Source of the DNA: an uncultured Bacteroidales bacterium
GTDB lineage: Bacteria > Bacteroidota > Bacteroidia > Bacteroidales > Paludibacteraceae
Length of the DNA: 64,000 bases
NCBI GenBank assembly: GCA_902766045.1
Contig: CACXCA010000005.1
Coordinates: 1,704-65,703 of the forward strand
Reading direction: 5' to 3'
The stretch's first letter is position 1. Each line of letters opens with the position of its first letter. Below the pieces are notes generated by a model, which did no database searches, was not told where the DNA came from, and saw only the letters and a program-made list of their open reading frames with translations. This document shows positions 48,812 to 57,723 of this stretch, piece after piece. The position numbers were made by a program, and so were the translations under genes.

Positions 48812-49467
48812 AAAAATCTCCTTTTATGCCTGCTAGCTATAAGTTTATCGCAAGAAGGAAGAATCTAGTTTCTTTGTTGCAACAAAAGGGAATAACGACC
48901 CCTCTTGTGTTAAATGCAATTGGCAGTGTGCCACGTGAACTGTTTATGAATTCTTCTTTGATTGAATTGGCTTATGAAGACAAAGCTTATCCGATTGCAG
49001 GAGGACAAACGATATCTCAACCCTATACAGTGGCTCGTCAAACTGAATTGCTGGATTTAAATGGGGGAGAGAAAGTGTTGGAGATCGGTACAGGTTCAGG
49101 ATATCAATCAGCGGTCTTGTGTGCGTGTGGTTGTCATGTATATAGTGTTGAGAGACAGCGAGTACTGTATGAGCAAACATCTTCTCTGTTGAGAGAATTA
49201 CAATATGATGCGATGTGCGTTTATGGTGATGGATATGAGGGATGGCCTCAGTACGCTCCGTATGATCGTATTCTTGTTACAGCTGGTTGCCATGAATTGC
49301 CTGTGGCGTTGTTGAAACAGTTGAGTGTCGGCGGACTTATGGTGATTCCTTTTGGAAAGGATAATGAACTGAGAATGATTCGCATACGTCGTACGTCTGA
49401 AAATGAATATGAACGGGAAGATTTTGGTGATTGCGCATTCGTCCCTATGTTGAAGGGGGTTCAATAA
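48805..49467 (+). CDS. pcm: Protein-L-isoaspartate O-methyltransferase
   Basis: 'GQTISQPYTVA' and 'VLEIGTGSGYQSAVL' are present. It overlaps the rsmG stop by 7 nt. Confidence 0.85.
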   Translation: MLKKSPFMPASYKFIARRKNLVSLLQQKGITTPLVLNAIGSVPRELFMNSSLIELAYEDKAYPIAGGQTISQPYTVARQTELLDLNGGEKVLEIGTGSGYQSAVLCACGCHVYSVERQRVLYEQTSSLLRELQYDAMCVYGDGYEGWPQYAPYDRILVTAGCHELPVALLKQLSVGGLMVIPFGKDNELRMIRIRRTSENEYEREDFGDCAFVPMLKGVQ

Positions 49468-49480
49468 TAATGATTCTCAA

Positions 49481-50194
49481 ATGCTGAATTTAAAGGAATT
49501 AGTGATAGGATATCAGTCCATTCGAGAAAAACGGATTCTGACATTGCCTATTTCTACTGAAATGAAGCAGGGAACTCTGATTCCTCTGTTAGGGCCTAAT
49601 GGTGTCGGAAAATCCACCTTCTTACGAACTTTGGCAGGACTTGTTGCTCCTATATCGGGCTCTATTGTCTATGATGGAACATTGATGAATAAACTATCTC
49701 CTCAGCAGCGGGCAGCTTATATGAGCGTTGTCTTCAGCAAGAAAGATGGGTCGCCTAGTTTCTCTGTTCGTGATTATGTCTTGATGGGAAGATATCGATT
49801 CTATTCATGGATGGAGGGTTGGTCCGAAAAGGAAGAAGAGGATGTAGAGCCCATACTGAATCGTCTTGATTTGATTGATTTGCAAAAACGAAATATAAAT
49901 GAACTTTCTGATGGAGAGTTTCAGCGAGTCGATTTGGCAAGAGCTTTGTATCAGCATACTCCTATGCTGTTGCTGGATGAACCCACCTCGCATTTGGATT
50001 ATCCATCAAGGAATAAAATCATGTCTCTTTTAAAGGATTTGTCACAAGAAAGAAATCTTTTAATCATTGCTAGTACACATGAATTGGACTTGGCTCAGAA
50101 ATATGGAGATTCTTTTTTGCTTATGCAGAAAAATAAAGTTCTTTCGTATGTCGAAGAACTGACCGATCAGTGTATTCATCAATTGTTTGTTTAA
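49481..50194 (+). CDS. ABC transporter ATP-binding protein (FepC/BtuD-like), with no adjacent permease
   Basis: Walker A GPNGVGKST, signature LSDGEFQRV and Walker B LLLDEPTSHLD. Confidence 0.8.
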   Translation: MLNLKELVIGYQSIREKRILTLPISTEMKQGTLIPLLGPNGVGKSTFLRTLAGLVAPISGSIVYDGTLMNKLSPQQRAAYMSVVFSKKDGSPSFSVRDYVLMGRYRFYSWMEGWSEKEEEDVEPILNRLDLIDLQKRNINELSDGEFQRVDLARALYQHTPMLLLDEPTSHLDYPSRNKIMSLLKDLSQERNLLIIASTHELDLAQKYGDSFLLMQKNKVLSYVEELTDQCIHQLFV

Positions 50195-50203
50195 GTTATT
50201 TTT

Positions 50204-51199
50204 ATGAAACGTGTTTTGACTGTCGATATTCTAAGATTTGTAAGTGCCTTTATGGTAGTGCTCTTCCATTCGGAGTATTTCTGTAGAGATATAGTGAACA
50301 TTATCCCTCGATATGCTGTGCCCGTCTTTTTTATGATATCTGGATTCTTTATGTATGAATCCGATACTCAACGATTTAAGGAGAGGTTAAATCGTTCACT
50401 TATAAAAATGATTGTCATAACACTGGTTGCTTCTTTCTTCTTCTTCCTCTTTTATCTTCCGTTGTATCTGCGTGATGGCTTCCCTTCGTTGAATGCATAT
50501 GTTAATTTCATCGTATTTAATGAAAATCCATTCGCCTTTCATTTATGGTATTTGACAGCCTTTTTATATGTATTGATGCTTTTCAGAGTTTTTGTGGGGA
50601 CACCTTTGTTGAAAGGGATAATCAGCTATTCTCCTTTTTTGTTGTTGATCAACCTAATGTTGGGCGAGTTGGGCTTCCTGTTCCTAGATCATTCGTTGCC
50701 GAATTATATGTTACGAAACTTCCTGTTGGAAGGATTGCCATGTTATTCGTTGGGATGTCTCATCTCCATTAATAAGGAGAAACTACTGATGTCAGGGAGA
50801 ATGTTCTCGTCTGCCTTGATGACGATTGTCGCATTTTCTTTAATGGAATATTATTATATAAAGCATTGGGGATGTGTGGAGATGGCCACTGCAACAGATT
50901 TATATTTTAGTTCGATACTCTTTTCTGTCGTGATTCTTGTCTGGTCCATACAGCCTCATTCATTGAATAGTTTTGGTGAAAAAGTGGCAGAATGGGGACG
51001 GAAATATACTCTTGATATTTATATTTTTCATGTGGTCTTCTTGGTGATTATTCGTTCTGCATTAAAAAATCATGAGAATGTGTTGAGTGTGTATTCTTCT
51101 TTTTTCGAACCAATTGTCGTCTTCCTTTGTGCATGGTGTTTTGCGATAGTATGGCATTGGATAAAACAGAGGATACCTTTACTGAATAAATACTTATAG
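50204..51199 (+). CDS. Acyltransferase family 3 (OafA-like) integral membrane protein
   Basis: The N-terminal 'VDILRFVSAFMVVLFHS' is typical of acyltransferase_3, and many TM segments follow. Confidence 0.7.
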   Translation: MKRVLTVDILRFVSAFMVVLFHSEYFCRDIVNIIPRYAVPVFFMISGFFMYESDTQRFKERLNRSLIKMIVITLVASFFFFLFYLPLYLRDGFPSLNAYVNFIVFNENPFAFHLWYLTAFLYVLMLFRVFVGTPLLKGIISYSPFLLLINLMLGELGFLFLDHSLPNYMLRNFLLEGLPCYSLGCLISINKEKLLMSGRMFSSALMTIVAFSLMEYYYIKHWGCVEMATATDLYFSSILFSVVILVWSIQPHSLNSFGEKVAEWGRKYTLDIYIFHVVFLVIIRSALKNHENVLSVYSSFFEPIVVFLCAWCFAIVWHWIKQRIPLLNKYL

Positions 51200-51225
51200 G
51201 ATAGATACGCTGAACATACTATAAA

Positions 51226-51258
51226 AACAGCGGGGTCATTTTTAATGGCTCCGCTGTT
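51226..51258. terminator. Hairpin between convergent genes (acyltransferase / asnS)
   Basis: AACAGCGG pairs with CCGCTGTT, extended by G-U and A-T pairs to a TTT loop. It is followed by CTTCTTTATT. Confidence 0.55.
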
Positions 51259-51277
51259 CTTCTTTATTATTGACATG

Positions 51278-52678
51278 TTAAAAATTAGCTGTCTTAGGTG
51301 TTCTTGGGAATGGAATAACATCACGAATGTTTTGCATTCCTGTGACGAACAGCATCAATCTTTCGAATCCTAATCCGAATCCTCCGTGTGGACATGATCC
51401 GTATTTACGTGTGTCTAGATACCACCACATATCTTTCATCGGAATATTGAGTTCTTCTATTCTCTTCAAGAGTTTGTCGTAGTTCTCTTCGCGGACACTA
51501 CCACCAATGATTTCTCCAATTTGAGGAAAGAGAACATCCGTTCCTTGAACTGTTTTCTTATCTTCGTTCTCTTTCATATAGAATGCTTTGATCTCCTTAG
51601 GATAGTTGATCATGATGACAGGTCTCTTGAAATGCTCTTCAACCAAATAGCGTTCGTGCTCGCTGGCAAGATCGCAGCCCCAATATACAGGGAACTCAAA
51701 TTTATGTCCGGCTTTAATCGCGTCCTCCAATATTTTAACACCTTCTGTGTAAGGAAGCCTCACAAATTCGGTATTGACAACAGCTTTCAATCTTTCTATC
51801 AATCCATTGTCAATCATTTTGTTTAGGAATTGTAGATCATCCATACAATTTTCTAAAGCCCAATTGACACAATATTTGATGAAGTCTTCTTCCAAATCCA
51901 TCAAATCTTGGAGATCGATAAATGCTACTTCAGGCTCAATCATCCAGAACTCTGCCAAGTGACGAGGTGTGTTTGAGTTTTCTGCACGGAATGTAGGTCC
52001 AAATGTATAAATTGCGCCTAATGCAGTTGCACCTAATTCTCCTTCCAATTGACCGGAAACGGTAAGTGATGTTTGCTTGCCGAAGAAGTCATCATCGTAT
52101 CGAATGTTGCCGTTCTCATCTTTTTTCAGATTGTATAGGTTCTGTGTGGTTACTTGGAACATCTGTCCGGCACCTTCACAGTCGGATGCGGTGATGATAG
52201 GAGAGTGGAAATAGAAGAATCCTTTCTCATGGAAATATTTGTGGATGGCAATGGCCATGTTGTGTCTGATTCGTAAAACTGCACTGAAGGTATTTGTGCG
52301 GGGACGAAGGTGTGCAATATCACGAAGATATTCCATCGTATGTCCTTTCTTTTGCAATGGATATGTATCGTCCGCAATTCCGTAGATTTCTATCTTTTCG
52401 GCTTGAACCTCAACAGCCTGACCTCCACCCATTGATTCAACTAACTTACCGGTTACACCGATACATGCTCCTGTTGTAATGGATTTGAGTATGCTGTCAT
52501 CAAACTTGTCAACGTCCGCAACTATCTGAATATTATTTATGGTAGAACCATCGTTCAACGCAATAAAGTTTACACTTTTGTTTCCTCTTTTTGTTCTAAC
52601 CCAACCTTTTACGTTAATGGGTTCGCCAAATGATGTCTTCTTAAGAGCATCAACAATTCTAGTTCTACGAATTTCCAT
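51278..52678 (-). CDS. asnS: Asparagine--tRNA ligase
   Basis: A 466-aa class-II aaRS with an N-terminal OB fold ([10 protein letters not shown]), '[23 protein letters not shown]' and '[28 protein letters not shown]'. Confidence 0.9.
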   Translation of the reverse strand: MEIRRTRIVDALKKTSFGEPINVKGWVRTKRGNKSVNFIALNDGSTINNIQIVADVDKFDDSILKSITTGACIGVTGKLVESMGGGQAVEVQAEKIEIYGIADDTYPLQKKGHTMEYLRDIAHLRPRTNTFSAVLRIRHNMAIAIHKYFHEKGFFYFHSPIITASDCEGAGQMFQVTTQNLYNLKKDENGNIRYDDDFFGKQTSLTVSGQLEGELGATALGAIYTFGPTFRAENSNTPRHLAEFWMIEPEVAFIDLQDLMDLEEDFIKYCVNWALENCMDDLQFLNKMIDNGLIERLKAVVNTEFVRLPYTEGVKILEDAIKAGHKFEFPVYWGCDLASEHERYLVEEHFKRPVIMINYPKEIKAFYMKENEDKKTVQGTDVLFPQIGEIIGGSVREENYDKLLKRIEELNIPMKDMWWYLDTRKYGSCPHGGFGLGFERLMLFVTGMQNIRDVIPFPRTPKTANF

Positions 52679-52838
52679 TTTATAAATATTTATGTCTTTA
52701 TATTGCTTTATATATAATATGCTGGATGCAAAGTTAGTAATAAGTTTTTATATAATTTTTATTTCCTGTATAGTTTTGAACCAATTAAACTGCGTTTTTT
52801 GCCAAATAGTAGGTTGATAATTGTTATGGGTGTCTTCG

Positions 52839-52864
52839 TAGAGACACACGGCCGTGTGTCTCTA
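52839..52864. repeat. 26-bp perfect GC-rich palindrome, copy B of the element at 13551
   Basis: TAGAGACACACGG|CCGTGTGTCTCTA. Like copy A it is preceded by CTTCG and followed by TCC. Confidence 0.85.
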
Positions 52865-53046
52865 TCCAACAGGTTAATTCGATATGTTAAAAATCTCACG
52901 AAACGAATTTATAAACCTCACCTTATGTGTGCAAAAAAAATTATATTGTTTTGAAATAAATTTATATCTTTGCATAGATACAGACGAATAATGTTAGTGT
53001 GTATATGATAAGTCTATTATTAATCTATTGTTTGAGTTAATTTAAT

Positions 53047-53469
53047 ATGAAAAAAGAAAATGTTTGTAAGAATCTGTCCGACTATGTTTCTGCAGATTTT
53101 TTTATGTGTGCATGTCAGAAACCGATTGTTAAAAATGCCTGGCAGGAGTATGAACCGATTGTTCGGGAGTTAAATGACGCATTGAGAAATATGCCTCCTT
53201 TGTATGCTCAAGAAAATGAAGGATATAAGGCAAAGGTGTATGCTCATTATTTCGGTGGTGCCACGGATGTCTTTGTGACTGAGTGTAGTGGTGGCGATGC
53301 GTTTGGTTATGTGATTCTGAACGGAGATTATGATAATTCAGAATTGGGGTATGTCTCTATTGAAGAGATAACGTCTATCGAGGCTTTGAATCTTGATTTC
53401 TATTGGGAGGTTTGCCCTCTGTCGGAGGCGCTAATGCAAGTGGATGCAGAATATTTCAGCAACATGTAA
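53047..53469 (+). CDS. DUF2958-like protein
   Basis: 'PPLYAQE....KVYAHYFGGATDVFVTE....AFGYVILNGDYDNSELGYVSIEEI' follows the DUF2958 pattern (LYAQE / FF..g..W..tE / FGYV.L.g...ELGY.sl.EL) as I remember it. Confidence 0.6.
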   Translation: MKKENVCKNLSDYVSADFFMCACQKPIVKNAWQEYEPIVRELNDALRNMPPLYAQENEGYKAKVYAHYFGGATDVFVTECSGGDAFGYVILNGDYDNSELGYVSIEEITSIEALNLDFYWEVCPLSEALMQVDAEYFSNM

Positions 53470-53483
53470 ATTTGCATAATAAG

Positions 53484-53514
53484 AATAGGGATGACCTAAT
53501 CAGTCATCCCTATT
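53484..53514 (+). terminator. Hairpin terminator after the DUF2958-like gene
   Basis: AATAGGGATGAC-CTAATCA-GTCATCCCTATT (12-bp stem) followed by TCTCT. Confidence 0.6.
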
Positions 53515-53580
53515 TCTCTATATGAATCTGTTTGTGCGGAATTTAAATTCATATCGTTGAATTTTTGAATCTGTACCTGT

Positions 53581-53604
53581 ACGGACGTGGTGTGCCGCGT
53601 CCGT
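53581..53604 (-). terminator. GC-rich hairpin 17 nt downstream of the argS stop
   Basis: ACGGACGTG-GTGTGC-CGCGTCCGT (9-bp stem including one G-U pair). No U-tract follows on the minus strand. Confidence 0.4.
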
Positions 53605-53620
53605 TATGGTTCCCCCGTTA

Positions 53621-55414
53621 TTACATTCTCTCTGGAACTTCGATTCCTAATAAGCCCATACCAGACTTAATGACGTCAGCAATTTTCTTAGATAATAACA
53701 AACGGAACTCTTTCATGTCTGAGTTTTCTTCCTTCAAAATGGAGAAATCATGATAGAAAGAGTTGTATTGCTTAACCAATTCGTATATGTAGTTGGCTAT
53801 TAATGCTGGACTGTAGTCGGCGCCCGCTTGTTTGATTACATTAGGGTAGTTGGATAGATACTGTATCAGGTTAACTTCTGTGTCAGAAAGAGTTAAGTTG
53901 CCCTTCACGGTATTATTCAACTGAATGCCTTGTTCGTTGGCTTTTCTTAATACAGAGCAAATTCTTGCATGTGTATATTGAATAAATGGTCCAGTGTTGC
54001 CGTTGAAGTCGATGGATTCTTTAGGGTTGAACAACATGTTTTTCCTTGGATCCACTTTCAGGATAAAGTATTTCAAAGCACCTAATCCGCAGATACGGGC
54101 AATCTCATTGATTTCATATTCTGTCATGCCATCCAATTTGCCTAGTTCGGCAGAGACGTCGCGAGCAGTTTGAATCATCTCGTCCATCAAATCATCGGCA
54201 TCAACTACGGTACCTTCTCTGGACTTCATCTTTCCTTCTGGTAATTCAACCATTCCATAAGAGAAATGCACTAGATCTTTTCCCCATGAGAATCCTAGAC
54301 GGTCAAGCAGAATAGACAAGACTTGGAAGTGGTAATTCTGTTCATTTCCCACAACATATATCATTTTGTCAATGTTGAACTCTTTGAAACGTTGTGTGGC
54401 AGTTCCGATATCTTGGGTCATATAGACAGACGTTCCGTCGCCACGGAGCAACAGTTTCTCATCCAACCCGTTGGAAGATAGATCTGCCCATACAGAACCA
54501 TCCTCACGACGATAGAATAGACCTTTCTCCAATCCTTCATTGACTTTTGCTTTTCCATCAATGTATGTGGTTGATTCATAATAGATCTTATCAAAAGCTA
54601 CACCTAGTCGTTTGTATGTCTCATCAAATCCGGCATATACCCAGCTATTCATTTCATTCCATAGCTTTCGAACTTCTGGATCTCCGTCTTCCCATTTCTT
54701 TAACATCGACTGAGCCTCTTGTAACAGAGGAGCTTGTTTTTTAGCTTCTTCCTCGGTTAGACCTTTCTCCATCAGAGTTTTTACCTCTTTTTTATATTCT
54801 TGGTCAAATTTCACATAATAGTCTCCGACTAAGTGATCCCCTTTCTTTCCTGTGGAAGCTGGTGTTTCGCCATTGCCGAATTTTTGCCATGCCAACATTG
54901 ATTTACAGATGTGGATTCCACGGTCATTTACAATATTGGTCTTAACAACCTTGTACCCGTTGGCTTCCAATATCTTACATAAACTGTATCCTAATAAATT
55001 ATTACGGATATGTCCTAAGTGAAGTGGCTTATTGGTGTTGGGTGAAGAATATTCTATCATGTATAGTGGAGCGTCGTCAGTTGCTTTCTTGAACCCGAAT
55101 TGAGGGTCGGATAACATGACATTGAGTGTGTCCACCCATGTGTTCTTGTTTATTGTAAGGTTGAGGAATCCCTTTATGACATTGAATTTCTCTACAACAT
55201 CACAGTTCTTTACTAAAGCTTCTCCGATTTCTGAGGCTGTTAATTCTGGAGTTTTCTTCGAAATCTTTAAGAAAGGAAAAACAACCAGGGTCAGGTCTCC
55301 CTCAAATTCCTTCTTTGTGGTTTGCAGTTGAACCATCTTTTCCTCTACTTTCTGTCCGTAAAGGTCTTCAATGGTCTGCATAATAGAATGCATTAATTTT
55401 TCTTCTAAACTCAT
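53621..55414 (-). CDS. argS: Arginine--tRNA ligase
   Basis: 'SSPNTNKPLHLGHIRN' (HIGH region), the 'GKMKSREG' KMSK-like motif and a DALR-type C-terminus. The likely start is MSLEEKL at 55414; the track start at 55492 adds an implausible leader. Confidence 0.9.
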   Translation of the reverse strand: MSLEEKLMHSIMQTIEDLYGQKVEEKMVQLQTTKKEFEGDLTLVVFPFLKISKKTPELTASEIGEALVKNCDVVEKFNVIKGFLNLTINKNTWVDTLNVMLSDPQFGFKKATDDAPLYMIEYSSPNTNKPLHLGHIRNNLLGYSLCKILEANGYKVVKTNIVNDRGIHICKSMLAWQKFGNGETPASTGKKGDHLVGDYYVKFDQEYKKEVKTLMEKGLTEEEAKKQAPLLQEAQSMLKKWEDGDPEVRKLWNEMNSWVYAGFDETYKRLGVAFDKIYYESTTYIDGKAKVNEGLEKGLFYRREDGSVWADLSSNGLDEKLLLRGDGTSVYMTQDIGTATQRFKEFNIDKMIYVVGNEQNYHFQVLSILLDRLGFSWGKDLVHFSYGMVELPEGKMKSREGTVVDADDLMDEMIQTARDVSAELGKLDGMTEYEINEIARICGLGALKYFILKVDPRKNMLFNPKESIDFNGNTGPFIQYTHARICSVLRKANEQGIQLNNTVKGNLTLSDTEVNLIQYLSNYPNVIKQAGADYSPALIANYIYELVKQYNSFYHDFSILKEENSDMKEFRLLLSKKIADVIKSGMGLLGIEVPERM

Positions 55415-55492
55415 CTTATTCTTTTTTTTGCAAAAATACAATAAAAAAGGGAAGGTAACCATACCTTCCCTTTGTTTTTTGCAAATCAGCAA

Positions 55493-55765
55493 TTAGTTAA
55501 CTGCTTTATTCAATTCTGAACCAGCTTTGAATTTTGCAACTTTCTTTGCAGCAATTTTAATCTTTTTCTTTGTCAAAGGATTGATACCTTCGCGTGCAGG
55601 ATTTTCTTTTACAGAGAATGTTCCAAATCCAACTAGGGCAACTTTGTCGCCTGATTTTAATGCACCTGTAATTGCTGCAGTGATTGCATCTACTGCTTTT
55701 TTGCTGTCTGCTTTTGTTAACCCAGATTTTTCAGCTACTGCGTCGATTAGTTCTGTCTTATTCAT
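55493..55765 (-). CDS. hup: HU family DNA-binding protein
   Basis: MNKTELIDAVAEKSGLTKADSKKAVDA...GFGTFSVKENPAREGINPLTKKKIKI is canonical HU at 90 aa. The start at 55765 lies within the longer track ORF. Confidence 0.9.
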   Translation of the reverse strand: MNKTELIDAVAEKSGLTKADSKKAVDAITAAITGALKSGDKVALVGFGTFSVKENPAREGINPLTKKKIKIAAKKVAKFKAGSELNKAVN

Positions 55766-55801
55766 AAGATTATAGTTTAATAATGTTAGTCTTAATTGTT
55801 G

Positions 55802-55832
55802 CAAATCTATCTTAAAAATCTTTGATTCCAAA
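55802..55832 (-). promoter_or_regulatory. Bacteroidota-type promoter for hup: -7 TAGATTTG and -33 TTTG, read on the minus strand
   Basis: On the plus strand, CAAATCTA lies at 55802-55809 and CAAA at 55829-55832, with a 19-bp spacer. The -7 element is 37-44 nt upstream of the ATG at 55765. Confidence 0.5.
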
Positions 55833-56028
55833 GGATTTGCATAAAATTATCGAAAAAAAATCTTTTTTTTTTCTTATTTGTGTTAAAAAACATAAATAGA
55901 AGCTCTTTTTCGTTTATCTTTGTCGAAAATTACGGCATGACTTGTTCGTAAAGGGCATAGTCTATGATGATTTTACATCTTTCTTGATTGTTAATTATGG
56001 GGGGAACCCCCTTGTTTATTTTTATGAT

Positions 56029-56787
56029 ATGTTTAAATCTAATTCTTCTAATGGATTCATGGATACTATTCCTCCATTAACCAAACATATATTAATCATT
56101 AATGTGATTTGTTTTATTGCGGCTATCTCATTGCCAAGAATTGGAGTCGATGTGTATCAGATCTTGGGCTTGCATTATTGGGAGGGTACCGATTTCCATT
56201 TCTATCAGTTGATTACCTATATGTTTATGCATAGTGGCATCGGTCACATATTTTTTAATATGTTTGCGGTCTTTATGTTCGGACAAGTGATTGAAAGGTA
56301 CTATGGTCCGAAGTTCTATCTGCTGTTTTTCTTCGTGACTGGATTAGGGGCAGGAATTGTTCAGGAGTTTGCTTGGATGTATGATCTTCGTCCGGCTATT
56401 GAAGAGTATCATTCCTATTTAAATAATTTCCCAACTGGAGGAATTGACGTAGGAAGTAAGGTTGTACATTCAATAGATGAGTTAACCGCTTGGTTTCATG
56501 ATGATTTCTGCAATCGTATGATTACGGTGGGGGCTTCTGGTGCTGTCTTCGGTTTGTTGATAGCGTTTGCTATTTCTTTTCCAGATGCGCCTATATATAT
56601 TATGTTTATACCGATTCCAATAAAAGCAAAATACATGATGATTGGTTATGCTGTTCTGGAGCTATTCCTGGGTGTTCAAAACTTTACGGGAGACAATGTG
56701 GCGCATTTCGCTCATCTAGGTGGCGCATTGTTCGGTGCGGTTTTGATTATATATTATCGAAAGTCTAGAATTATAAATCGTAAATGA
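56029..56787 (+). CDS. Rhomboid family intramembrane serine protease (paralog 1)
   Basis: 'HSGIGHIFFNMF' (H-x3-N), 'GASGAVFGLL' (GxSG) and 'AHLGGALFG'. The likely start is MFKSNSS at 56029. Confidence 0.8.
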   Translation: MFKSNSSNGFMDTIPPLTKHILIINVICFIAAISLPRIGVDVYQILGLHYWEGTDFHFYQLITYMFMHSGIGHIFFNMFAVFMFGQVIERYYGPKFYLLFFFVTGLGAGIVQEFAWMYDLRPAIEEYHSYLNNFPTGGIDVGSKVVHSIDELTAWFHDDFCNRMITVGASGAVFGLLIAFAISFPDAPIYIMFIPIPIKAKYMMIGYAVLELFLGVQNFTGDNVAHFAHLGGALFGAVLIIYYRKSRIINRK

Positions 56788-56788
56788 T

Positions 56789-57673
56789 ATGTCTTTAAAG
56801 GAGGATTTAATCAGATCGTTTCGAGAAGGAAATCTCTTGATAAAGTTGATCTATATAAATTTGATCGTTTTTGTCATAGCGAATTTAGCTCTTGTTGTTT
56901 GCCATCTATTCCAATTGAATACGTCATGGATGAATGGTTTGATGCTTTCTTCTAATGTGTGGCAGTTAATCTTTCACCCATGGTCGTGTATTACGTATAT
57001 GTTCTTACATATGGGTTTTGTCCACTTGATATGTAATGTCTTGATGTTGTATTGGTTTGGACAACTTTTCTTGCTGTTCTTTCAGCAGAAAGATCTGGTG
57101 GGCGTCTATATCTTCGGCGGATTAATGGGCGGATTAATCTATTTTGCTGCCTACAACATCATCCCGTATTATATGTCATCGAATGGTGCGGTGTTGATGG
57201 GGGCATCTGCTTCTGTAATGGCTGTTGTGGTGGCAACGGCAGTGATGTCGCCCGAATATCAAGTGCGTATTCCATTAATAGGAAATGTGAAAATAGAATG
57301 GATAGCCTTGGCTACTGTTTTGATAAGCTTGTTAAGCATTACGTCTCAAAATGCGGGAGGAGAGTTGGCTCATCTGGGTGGTGCCTTGGCAGGTTATCTT
57401 TTTGCTTCTCGATATAAGAAAGGGAAGAATATTGTTGCATGGGTAAACCGTGTGATCGATGCGTTGGCCAACGTGTTTAGGAAAAGAAAAGGCATGAGAG
57501 TCTCGTATGAAAATGAAGGACATTCATCTTTTGATCGAATGAATGCAGACATGGAATATAATGCTCAGAAAAAGCAAAAGGAAGAGGAAATCAATCGGAT
57601 TTTGGAAAAAATCAAACAAAGTGGTTATGACTCTCTCTCTTCTGATGAGCGTGCAAAATTATTTGGTAAATAA
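56789..57673 (+). CDS. Rhomboid family protein (paralog 2) with a ~70-aa charged C-terminal tail
   Basis: 'HMGFVHLICNVL', 'GASASVMAV' (GxSA variant) and 'AHLGGALAGYL'. The tail reads ..EEEINRILEKIKQSGYDSLSSDERAKLFGK. Confidence 0.75.
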   Translation: MSLKEDLIRSFREGNLLIKLIYINLIVFVIANLALVVCHLFQLNTSWMNGLMLSSNVWQLIFHPWSCITYMFLHMGFVHLICNVLMLYWFGQLFLLFFQQKDLVGVYIFGGLMGGLIYFAAYNIIPYYMSSNGAVLMGASASVMAVVVATAVMSPEYQVRIPLIGNVKIEWIALATVLISLLSITSQNAGGELAHLGGALAGYLFASRYKKGKNIVAWVNRVIDALANVFRKRKGMRVSYENEGHSSFDRMNADMEYNAQKKQKEEEINRILEKIKQSGYDSLSSDERAKLFGK

Positions 57674-57723
57674 TCGTAGGTGAACGTATAAATTCACCGT
57701 TTAAACAAAATGCCTTAAGCATA

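Noticed and set aside
57674-57723. Possible cobalamin or other riboswitch upstream of the TonB-dependent receptor
   Set aside because: Only ~50 nt of spacer are available, too short for a riboswitch aptamer plus expression platform, and I saw no conserved B12-box-like string.
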